Position numbers and translations under genes: made by a program
Notes under the pieces: model-generated
Told to the model about the DNA's origin: nothing
Database searches by the model: none
What the model saw: only the letters and a program-made list of their open reading frames with translations
NCBI GenBank assembly: GCA_002189035.1
Contig: NEEC01000016.1
Coordinates: forward strand, 1,984,001-2,048,000
Origin: Utricularia gibba
Taxonomy: Eukaryota; Plantae; Magnoliophyta
DNA: 64,000 nucleotides
Reading direction: 5' to 3'
Part shown: in pieces, positions 25,340 through 36,800 of the stretch
Position numbering within the stretch: the first letter of the stretch is position 1
Layout of the letters: each line of letters starts with the position of its first letter

Positions 25340-26911
25340 CAATTTATTTATTCCTCTAAAACTTGTGTAATTACATGCCCATCGTGCTCGTGCATTTTGC
25401 AATAAATGGTTCGCTTTTTTCATTGTATCGTACTACTCGACATTGTTTATTCTTTTGAATTTTGTGAAGCTTGGGTGTTGTCGCAATGTAACCAACGAGA
25501 CTCTGCTTAGGATATAAAGTTGTCTGCTTTTTCTTTTCCTTGTTTACCCCATTAACCTAAACCTAGTGGTGAGCGAAAATTCCCACTTTCACCCGAAATC
25601 GATTGCTTAGAATTCAAAGTTATTATTGATGGGTTGTGGGGTGTTACTCTCTTTACAATACAATCTAAGGAAGTGGGTAATTTCTGAAAAAGCCGGGTGA
25701 ATTATCTATCACTCACAGCTTCTGCTGCGGTCTGAGCAGGGGAATGACGGTTATGACTTTACGCTTTACAGGTTGTAAAAGGAGGGGCACCAGAATCCGA
25801 AGAAGAAAGAAGTGGGGTTGCGCGGAAGGGAAGGGAAGGGAATTCATCAGAGCAGTGGCAGCCGCAGCTGCGGCTCATAAATGTTGACGAAAGGCTGCAT
25901 GTTTTTCAGTGCCCGTCTCGTCTCCCTCCACCACCTCTAGATTCAGCCACCCCAAGTCGTATATATCATGATGCAGATTGCACTCGTCATTTTCTCTTCA
26001 AAATCTAATATACTTATTCCTTCATCAAATGGCCCACACTCATTTTCACGATGTTGTCTGCTTAAACACCCAATTTTAACTACAGTATTTTCTTTAGGGA
26101 AAAAAATCTGTATGTAAAATTAAAAAATATCTATTTATATAAATCATGCTTTTATTCTATCAATAACCGATGTGGAATTTGGTTAATATTATTACATCCT
26201 TTTGTGGGTTGTGTATTTTTGCCCCCCTTGGAAACCCACCATCATCGTTGAGATTTGTCCCACTAATGATTACAATCCAAGTTTAATCTGATATCAAATA
26301 TAATGATACATTGTCGTTTTACACCATATTATCTACTTCAGACACACCTCCTCAACTACACCTACTCCCATGCCCTTTGATCATTTCCTCCTTGGAAGAA
26401 ATGTGGTTTCTAAATATTTCAATACTACCTATCCTCATCACGTCTCCACAATTTCAAGATGACGTGATTCTTATGATATGTATTACGATAAATATGGTTT
26501 ACTATATTTGTGGGTAGATGGTATATATGATAATTGTATATATGACACCTTGATATAATATATGGTTTTTTATAATTATAATTACAAATATCATTTATAT
26601 AAAAATGTATTCTGATCAATGAAAAATTATAGTTTTCTCTTCATTTCACTTATTGAATTATTTACGGGTTGAGGGCAATCTGTCCCGAAGGGAGCCTTTC
26701 CCTCGCTTCTTGACGATTGACTTTGCTTTCCATGGCCCTTGAATCATTCTGCAACCCGAGTGGCACCTACACAAAGTAACTGAGAAAAAGAAGCTTTCTT
26801 GATGTTGAAGATTTGATTTGATGCAGGAAATGTGCGCATCATCCAACCTTTCACATGGACATTTCTCTGTGCCAAAATATTCCATCACTTTAAAGAATGA
26901 TGTCAAACAGG

Positions 26912-26987
26912 GCCCAGAACTAGCCGGGCGGGCCCAAACAACAAAGCCCAATCGCAACTCATCAAGCCAAGCGTCAGAGCATGGGCC
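26912..26987. promoter_or_regulatory. Site II (TGGGCY/GGCCCA) elements upstream of CHLM
   Basis: ggccca at 26912 and 26931; tgggcc at 26982. Confidence 0.5.
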
Positions 26988-27126
26988 CCACGCAGGGACA
27001 CGTCGGCGTATCCTATCCTGCCTGCCTGGCTTGGAAGTTGAACGGATGAGAAGACGGACAGAATTAAGAAGAAGAAACATCTCAAGAGCTCGCTCGCAGA
27101 GTCTCCTGCCGGACAGAACGACGTCA

Positions 27127-28144
27127 ATGGCTTATTCCTCGCTTTTAACTTCGATACCCCACTTCACTCCCCTGGGGTCCCACTCCCGGCGCTTGGGCCG
27201 CCGCAGCTTCCCTGTATCCGCCGCGATTCCAACGGGGGCCGAGGTGTCAGCAGCGACCGATGCCCTGGATAGTGCTTCAATTGCGGTAATTGGAGGTGGG
27301 TCAGTGGCTGCGCTCGCCGCGGTGCTATCCCTTACTGACCCAGATAAGCGACGGAAAATGCAGGCAGAGGTGGTGGGCGGGGACGACAAGGCGGTCGTTC
27401 GCGAGTATTTTAATAACGATGGGTTTCAGCGGTGGCGGAGGATCTATGGAGATGGGGATGATGTTAATCGCGTGCAACTAGACATTAGACTGGGGCACTC
27501 TAAAACTGTAGAGAATGTGATGAAGATGTTGTTAGATGAGGGGCCGTTAAATGGAATTACAGTCTGTGACGCTGGCTGTGGCACCGGCTCCCTGTCAATC
27601 CCGTTGGCCAAAGAGGGCGCTCTTGTGGCAGCGAGTGATATCTCCGCTTCCATGGTCACAGAGGCTGAGAAAAAAGTACACTCCCATCAGCGTTTCAATG
27701 TTCTCCATTGCTGATATGCCTCATGATTGAACACCTCTTTTCACATTCATGGCGCAGGCAAGGCAGGAGCTTGGGAAAGATGACCCGCTCCCAAGATTCG
27801 AGGTGAAGGATTTAGAGAGCTTGGAGGGGAAATTCAACACAGTTGTGTGCCTGGATGTTTTGATTCACTACCCTCAAGACAAAGCTGATGCAATGATAGC
27901 CCATCTCACCTCCTTGGCAGATAGGCGCTTGATTCTTAGCTTCGCACCAAAAACATTTTACTATGATCTGCTTAAGAGAATAGGTGAATTGTTCCCTGGA
28001 CCTTCAAAGGCTACCAGGGCATACCTCCATTCTGAAGCTGATGTTGAGAGGGCATTGAAGAAAGTGGGATGGAAGATAAGAAAGAGAGGTCTGATTACCA
28101 CACAGTTTTACTTTTCTAGGATTGTGGAGGCTATTCCTGCATAG
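27127..28144 (+). CDS. CHLM: Mg-protoporphyrin IX O-methyltransferase, chloroplast; 2 exons
   Basis: Exons 27127-27675 and 27758-28144. Transit-peptide-like start MAYSSLL..., then VVREYFNNDGFQRWRRIYG, VCDAGCGTGSLSIPLAKEGA and VVCLDVLIHYPQ. Confidence 0.97.
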
Positions 28145-28194
28145 TAACTCACTTCAAGGGCAGAGTTTGAGAAGTGCCTTCCCTTGCAACTTTT

Positions 28195-28298
28195 CTTCAT
28201 ATTGCATGTCTTATGACTTCTCACTGAGAACTGAGAAGTGTATAAACTTCATATTGCATGTCTTGTGACTTCTCACTGAGAACTGACAAGTGTATAAA
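28195..28298 (+). repeat. 52-bp tandem duplication just downstream of the CHLM stop
   Basis: Unit cttcatattgcatgtctt(a/g)tgacttctcactgagaactga(g/c)aagtgtataaa at 28195 and 28247, with two mismatches. Confidence 0.95.
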
Positions 28299-28342
28299 TT
28301 GAAACAAGTGTAATGAAGGTCAGTAATCACCATTTATTTAAA

Positions 28343-28440
28343 TGGGCCTGGGCCAGACAAGCCCTTTTACAGCGGAGTGGCTTGTGTGCATTATTTGTTT
28401 CCCGGGGCTCTGATTTGGGCTTAGGCCTTTCCAGGCCCGA
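28343..28440. promoter_or_regulatory. Site II cluster upstream of GlyRS
   Basis: tgggcc at 28343 and 28349, tgggct at ~28416. This motif is typical of promoters of translation-related genes. Confidence 0.55.
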
Positions 28441-28539
28441 AGACTGAAAATATCCCGCGTGTAGACTTCGGAGATATTTCGTGAGTGATGTGGGGGTGTT
28501 CCGGATCGGATTGGATTGAGCTGTACTCGTAACTGAGAA

Positions 28540-31500
28540 ATGGAGGCCGCGCAGGAAGCCCTAAAGCGGGAAGCTTACCGTGTAGCAGTTGTCAACACTC
28601 TTGAGCGCCGGCTTTTCTACATACCTTCGTTCAAGATTTACCGCGGCGTTGCTGGGCTCTACGATTATGGACCTCCTGGCTGTGCTGTTAAAGCCAATGT
28701 CCTTGCTTTCTGGCGCCAGGTAGGCCTATGTGATGTTCTTGTTGAATTCTTTTTTGATTGGATTCGGTTTCGCGTGGCTTCCTCCTTGGTGTTCTAGTGT
28801 GGTAGTTTATTTGCAATTCTCTATAGAAAATTTGAAGTAATGTGTTTTCTTGCGGATTGCCCATTTTTATTTTCGACCCGAGATGCATAATCCCTTTTCG
28901 TGTTATTCATAAGTTGATCTAGTACGGTCTTTTTATGGGGTCTCCTACTTTGAGAACCATATGACTTGATTTGGTATTCTTCAGCATTTTGTGCTTGAAG
29001 AGGGCATGTTGGAAGTTGACTGCCCCTGTGTCACACCGGAAGTTGTTCTCAAGGCATCAGGCCATGTTGATAAGTTCACAGACCTCATGGTTAAAGATGT
29101 CAAGACTGGAACATGCTACCGAGCTGATCACTTGCTGAAAGATTTTTGCAAGGAAAAGCTTGAAAAGGACACAAAACTAGATGCAGAGAAAGCGAAAGAA
29201 ATCAAGCATATTCTTGCTGTGTTGGATGACCTCTCTGCTGAGGAGCTTGGTGCAAAAATCAAAGAGTATGGAATTACAGCTCCGGACACCAAAAATCCAC
29301 TCTCTGATCCGTATCCTTTTAACCTGATGTTTCAGACATCAATTGGGCCATCTGGATTGACTCCTGGGTGAGAATTATTAATTATAATCTCATCACTTTG
29401 CCTGCGCTGCATTATTCTTTTCATCTTGTTTGACTTTTAATTTTCTATTTTGTGCAGTTATATGCGCCCTGAGACTGCTCAAGGAATCTTTGTCAACTTT
29501 AAGGATTTATACTACTATAATGGAAACAAGCTTCCTTTTGCAGCTGCTCAGATCGGCCAAGCTTTCCGAAATGAGGTCTTGCCCTGTTTTTTAGATCTTG
29601 ACTTAACCTAAAGTAATCATGCAATGGCTATTAATTTATAAATTTTGTATCTATGAATATTGCAGATTTCTCCACGCCAGGGCCTCCTAAGAGTCCGCGA
29701 GTTCACATTAGCTGAAATTGAGCACTTTGTGGATCCTGAAGACAAGTCACATCCTAAGTTTTCTGAAGTTAGTGAACTAGAATTTCTTATGTTCCCGAGA
29801 GAAGATCAGGTATCTGGAAAGCAAGCAAGAAAAGTAGCCATTGGAAAAGCAGTGTCTCAGGTAAGTATTAGTATATAGACGCTGTTAGTGACACAAGTTC
29901 TTTGTCATTATTAATCATCCTTTTCTTTTCAAACAGGGGATCGTCAATAATGAAACCCTTGGGTACTTCATAGGACGAGTGTACTTGTTCCTGACACAAC
30001 TTGGCATAGATAAAGATCGTCTGCGTTTTCGCCAGCATTTGGCAAACGAGATGGCACACTATGCTGCTGATTGTTGGGATGCTGAAATTGAATGCTCTTA
30101 TGGATGGATTGAGTGTGTGGGTATTGCCGACAGATCAGCTTATGATTTGCGCGCTCATACGGTAAGTATAATCGGAGTTGATGCTTTCCAACTTTTATTA
30201 CGTTCACTGATAAAAAATTTCATTGTTTGGCAGTGACGAATATTTAGCCGTTTCTTTATTTTTTAGGATAAGAGTGGTGTACCACTGGTGGCCGCTGAAA
30301 AATTTGCTGAGCCTAAAGAAGTAGAGGTAGTTTCTCGGAATTTCTGCAGTGCTCCTCTTCTCCCTGTCATCCTTTATGTCCTTTGTTCAGTGCATATTGA
30401 CATTTAGAGGTGCATGTATTAAGACATTCACATTTGTCAATGTATTTTGTCGTTTAATGTCGTTAGAAGATGCTATCTTTCATCTATTTTTATTTAAAGC
30501 CTACTTAGTAGCTAGCTCCTCATTGGATTTAATTGAACAATTCCGTTGAAAGTTTGTAACCTGCATGTTCTGCTAACTATTCGCTAAAAGTTGTCTGTTT
30601 ATGGATTTCAGAAGCTTGTTATAGCCCCTGTTAAGAAAGAAATTGGCCTTGCATTCAAAGCCAACCAAAGGATGGTTCTTGAAGCTTTAGAGGTGTAAGC
30701 TCTTTCATATTTGCATTCTGAAGTTACCTCTTTTTTTCTATGAAATTTCAGTTTCTCTTAATTATACCATTTTTATTTGCTTCTAGTTTGTTTCCGTTGG
30801 CTGGAGTTCCTTGGAAAGTGCTATTAATTCTTCCTAGTAAAGTACATAAGTTTGGAATCGGTATAACGATCTGCTGTGTCAAAAATTCTTAAGGCTATGG
30901 GGGAAAAGGAAGCTCTGGAGATGAAATCGACTTTAGAAGCCGTGGGGGAAGCCCAGTTTCACGTCTGCACTCTTGATCAGGTTGTTTCTATAAAGAAAAG
31001 TATGGTGTCAATCTCGAAAGAGAAAAAAAAGGAGCACCAAAGAGTCTTCACTCCATCCGTTATCGAGCCATCTTTCGGCATCGGAAGGATCATATATTGT
31101 CTCTACGAACACTCCTTTTATACAAGGACTAGCAAGGACGGGGATGAGCAGTTGCATGTCTTCCGGTTCCCACCCCTCGTTGCTCCAATCAAGTGCACTG
31201 TTTTCCCTCTAGTTCAAAATCAAGAGTACGAGGAAGTTTCCAAGAAAATTGCCAAGTCGTTGACTGCACTGGGAATTTCTTACAAGATCGATATAACAGG
31301 TGTGCGCAATTTCGGAATCATCCCAGTGTATCTGTTCTTTTGCCGTGAATGCAGCAAATGATTTCTTGTGACAATTAGATCGAGTTTGTAGTTAGAAATG
31401 CTCAGTGTTTATCCAGAAGTTGTCATTCTCCTTTGCAGGCACCTCTATTGGCAAGAGGTATGCAAGAACCGATGAGCTGGGGGTTCCCTTTGCCATCACA

Positions 31501-31653
31501 GTGGACTCTACGGCCTCAGTGACTGTCAGAGAGAGGGACAGCAAGGAGCAAATTCGTGTTAACGTGGAGGAGGTGGCTGTTTTGATCAAAGAGGTAACAG
31601 ATGGAGTGAGCACATGGAACGACGTGCTGTGGAAATACCCCACACACCACTGA
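28540..31653 (+). CDS. GlyRS: Glycine--tRNA ligase, eukaryotic homodimeric type, 9 exons, no WHEP domain or presequence
   Basis: [31 protein letters not shown]...[16 protein letters not shown]...[17 protein letters not shown]...[11 protein letters not shown]...[11 protein letters not shown]...[21 protein letters not shown]. All exons join in phase. Confidence 0.97.
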
Positions 31654-32453
31654 TCACATAGAGAAGAAGGGAGCTGCCGTCGGTCATTCCAGTGCAGGCA
31701 TCCTCCCCCGGTACTGTTTTCAACTTCTTTCGAGTGCACTCGACGATTCTATGGTTACCCATCAACAGGGATTTTGAATTGTTGGGAAAGGAGCAGACTA
31801 CGAAGCTATTTATGAGCTGATTAGGGTTTGGTAACACTAGATTATGAAAATCAAACCTGATACACCCGAATACATTTGACCTGAGTTTGGATTCTAGATA
31901 ATTGGTTTTGGGTTGGGTTCAAGTAAAAAATTTTAGGTTTGTTTATTTTTTATTTGGATTTGGTACACCTACGGTCAAATTTGATATAGTTGTATATTTA
32001 AAAACAATTTATTATAAGTAGGACTTCAACGAATGAGAAATAAAGGATTTTAACAATCGCAATTATACTTATTTAAGGAAAAAAATTACAAAATAAATGA
32101 GTTTAGAAAACACATCATAGGAGCCAAAATAAATGATTCTAGAGGGCTGATTGATTTTATAACCTCATAAAATGAGATATGATACTATAACACATAATGA
32201 GTATAATTATTGTAGAATAATATCTTCACAAGTTGTGTAAACAAGTAATTCCGTGAGATTTACTCACACACAGGTAAAACCTTTTGCATGGTAGAGTTTT
32301 GATTCCAAATTATTATTTATATTGTTTTAAAACCTATATTTTTTTTTATTATTGTTTGTTTTGAATATATTTTTAGAAAATTAAAAAATAACCAATTACT
32401 TTTAGATATGATATTATTTATTACTTCAATGATTTTTGTATACTTTTAACATA

Positions 32454-32708
32454 TAAGAAGAGTTTGGATAGTGAATCAGGATTGATTACAAAGAATTAGT
32501 ATTTATTGCATGAATATTAATACATTTTATTTGTTATGATAATAGATCAAGTCTGAACAAAGACTCATAAAGTATGAACATAGTTTACAACAAATATATG
32601 TAATAAAACAATGCGAATTGAAATGCAGAATAGATAAAGTTGATATCTCAAGGTTCCAAGAATAAAGTATTCAATATTAATCTTGTTCCAACCAAACATA
32701 TATTCTTA
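32454..32708. mobile_element. Possible Tourist/PIF-type MITE
   Basis: Imperfect inverted ends: taagaagagtttggatagtgaatcaggatt versus the reverse complement of aatcttgttccaaccaaacatatattctta. Confidence 0.4.
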
Positions 32709-33857
32709 TTCTATAAGGGATTTAAGTCTATTTAAATCTTCCTTCTATTATAACTTTGGTTTATCTCTAGTTAGATTATATTTAAATAAACATATTAATC
32801 TTCTTTCCTTTTAAATCTATCTTGGTTTGATAGTAAGAGAGTAAAAGATTTTGATTATTAATTAAAAGTCAAAGAGCAACCCTTCCCTTAGACATCACTT
32901 GTTTATTTAGCCATTCATGTAGAATGAAAACAAAGTAAAAATGTAAAAGAATATAGCAAACATTTCCATTGTATCAAGTGACAAAAAAAAAAAAGATGAA
33001 AAATAAATCAAACAAAACAAGTTCAAATGAAAATTAGATGATATGTTTTTTTTGTCTACTCTTAGTTATGTTCCTATGATTGGTTGCCTGGTTGAGCAAG
33101 TAAAAAATCTCCATCTTCTCCTTCATGGTATTCTTCAATCTCTTTCTTCTAGTTTTTCACGTTTCTTACTTTGTCAAAAAGAATTCCCCTCTTATGGATC
33201 TCCCCCTCTCTCCTAAAAAATATTTTTTTTTATATCCTTGAAATATTTCATTCCTTCTCTTTTTAACTTTGTTTCCTTAGACTTTCAGTCTTTCTGTTAT
33301 AGTAGAGTCTGTTATACATGAATTTTCAGAATATGACTCAAAAGTGTGCTGTTGTACTCAAATATGCATAATTAGTTCCGAGTAGGGACTAAATGATGAA
33401 TTTAGCCTCCAATTCAAATAAAAGATAAAAACTAAGGTAATATTGCTAAAAATACTGTAATTAACTATACATCCTAATTTTCATAAATCATAAACAATTT
33501 TCTGCTATCAAAAGTACATGCTACAAGGTTGGAAGAAATCTGATTCCATAGTTTGATGCCAAAACATGCTTTGATTTTATTTTGAAATACCCATATCAAT
33601 ACTCAATCTTTCGAAAAACTATGTTCAATTTTTTTTACTCTCACTTAGATTCAACCCATATGCCAATGAGACCATGCCATTATTCACATCTATAGCAAGA
33701 AGTAATTCCCTATACTCTTATCATATAGGTACCATTGATACAAATGAAATGATGGTAACTTTGTTGCAAACCATCTTACTTATCTAGAGCATCTGCATGC
33801 AAAATTAACATTATTTGAATCAATCAAGTATAATATGAATTTACAGATCCATACCTT

Positions 33858-36800
33858 GAGTTAATTTCAAAAATTGGTCACAATTTCGACCCTAGTTTCA
33901 AACATTGGGCATAATCTACAATTCATTCAATAATTAATCACTAGGTTTTTTATGTTTTCAAAATTAGGTCACATGGTGGAATTGGTTGCTGGAGGTAATG
34001 TGAAGTAACTAAAATACCTCTCACCCTAAAAAATTCCACTTCAAACCCAGAATTCCACACACAAGAATCTCTTCACCCTCACAATATCCTACCTCCAAAA
34101 TCCTGCTAATTTCTGGATGGTATAGGTTGTGATTTTTGCTCTGGCCTGCAACCCAACAACATTCTGCCTCAACAAAACTATTTTGTTGTAACTAGCCTCC
34201 AAGGGCAGTGGTACAAGTTGCTATTTGATTACAAGATGATGGGTAGTAGTGTAGGAACTCGACATCGAGTAGCATAATTCAAAGGTAAGTTTTTTGTACT
34301 ACACTACGGTGGGATACTTATCCACCAATTCGGTAGGCATAAGTATGTTGATGGTATGGATACCTACATTGATGTTATGGATCCTAAAATTTTTTCTTTG
34401 CAATACTTTCGTGAAATGGCTACTTTATATGGTTATCAAAATGCACAAACTACTAGTGTGTGGATGAAATGTTGCAACGATGTTAGGGAAATCGTAAGTG
34501 AGGTTGAAGTAGTTAATGATTGCATTGATATAATGGTTATCTAAAAATTGATTTAGAAATCCTGATCTTAGGAGATAGAAATTCAAGTGTAGTGGAGAAC
34601 AATGAGGATGAATTGATTTCAAAGAATTTAGATTAGTTATTGTTGTTTTGTGTTGCTATGGCTTAGATTGTGCAGTTCATTACAAACGAATAAATTTTTT
34701 TTGTGGGATATTATTGTTAGGCCACATGTTTGATGATGTGGTAGATTTGTTTGAAGCGCACCAAAATTTAACTATTACAAAGGAAAGGAGCAATGAAGCC
34801 ATAGTAGACAATAATCAAGAACAAAATATTTTTTTGTACCGTTTACATTATCTTCTATAATAGTCCATGCTCTTTTTTTTTTTAAATATAATGTCAAGTG
34901 TCATGTGTCATGTTCAAAGCTGTAGCAAATGGTACCCTTGACATTATCTTATGTAGTAGTCAACTTACATTTGTTATTTAAATATTATGTCATGTGTCAT
35001 GTTCGAAGGTGTAGCACATGGAGGTAATTTAGAAGCTTAGAATGTTACAAAAGGTAATGGTAAAAAAATTGCCTTTTCATCAACAAATAAGGCCATAGTG
35101 GAAAAAAGTAACACAAAAGGTTAGTGTCTTAACATTTCTGACATGTTAACTGATATGATAGAAAAAAAACTTGCATTTTCAGGTTCCATTGGAGAAGTTA
35201 CTCAAGAACAGAGGATAAACGAGATAATAAATAGTTACTGAGCCAGGAAGCAAGAAGACCTAGCAAGGAAGAATGATTTGAGGAGGGAAAAAAGAGTAGT
35301 CACATGGTAAATTTCCTAATTTTTAATATCATGTAGTTTTTATCACTAGTATATTAAATCTAGAGATCAAGTACCAGATTTGAAGTTAGTAGATATCTCT
35401 ATGAGGTGCCATGGGTGAAAGGAGAAATTACAATCACCAGATAAATCTACTATCATATTGAAACAAAGTGATGAAGACAAACATGGAGGCCATACACCAG
35501 ATGATTTTATTGGAAACACAAAACAACAAATTGATCAAGAAGATGATTGTATGGTTTCTGATGATGATTTTTGGAGTGAAGAGTTTCATTTGTTTGGTGA
35601 AATACATGAAACAACAATTAGGGAAGATCCAGTGAGGTAGAAAGGTGTCATTCAATAGACAACTCAAACATCTAAAACTGGAAAAATTTCAAATTTCTTG
35701 GTTGAGAAAGAGGTTTGTGTGGTCGATGATGATACAAACCTTAAAAGTTTTAGTATGAGGATGATGAAGCAGGAGTGGTAAACATGAGGCTAAGAGTGCA
35801 ATAGAAAACTACAACTTTAAGAAAGGGAATGACATCATTTTTATGACTAATAATTGACAACGGTTAGTTGCTTACTATAGAGAAGGGCTTGCAAGTGGAT
35901 GATAAATCTTTCACAAACAAAGAATGACAAAGGATGGACTATAAAATCATATAATGAAAAGCACACAGCTTGTGGTAGGAGGCCTAAGCTAATGTCTATG
36001 AAATCTCATTGGTTAGGTGAGGAGTATGCTAAATTTGTTGCAAAACACCCGAAGGTCTCAACTCAAGATTTTAGGAAGCATGTTGTGTCAACATTGAAGA
36101 TAGATGTTTCCAATGCACAGGCTCAACGAGGGAGAGCAGTAGCTAGGGCAGAAGTTAGTGATACTACGCTTGAGCAGTGGAGTAAGCTGAGAAGTTATTT
36201 AGATGAGTTAAGAGTTGCAAATCCGAAGTCAACTATTGTTTTGAAGACTAGAAATGATACAAGTTTAGAAAAAAAGTAATTCTACGGGTTGTATATTTGT
36301 TTTGGCACCATTAAGAAGAATTTTAAAAATGGTTGTCATAAATTCATTGGAGTTGATGATTGCTTTTTGAAAGGGCCATTCGGTGGACAGTTACTCACTG
36401 CCGTTGGGGTTGATGCCAATAACTATATGATGTGACCCTCTAATCTATAGAGATTAGCAACCCATGAACAAGAGGTGATTTTGAAGTTAAAAAAGGAACC
36501 ACCCAAGTCTACCCTTAAGAGAATGAATCTCTTGCAACTAGACTTTGAAAGTAAGAGAATTAGGAGCCACACTTCAGAAAGGAGAAGGAATTGGAAATGA
36601 TAATCTTAGAACGCTACAAGCTCAAAACTTGATAAATTAAGAGTGTTCAAGCACTCAGAGAAGAAGAGAATCCTCACAAGATACATAAAAATGAACTAAA
36701 GGTACTCCACATAGTACATCTTTAAGGTATTTATACCCTAGAATTGGACTCTAACATTACAAAGTCCAAGCTAACAAAAGAAAGCCTAACAAGTCCAATA

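Noticed and set aside
32900-33500. Possible additional Athila-like LTR remnant
   Set aside because: Only stylistic similarity to the other LTRs; termini and TSD could not be defined.
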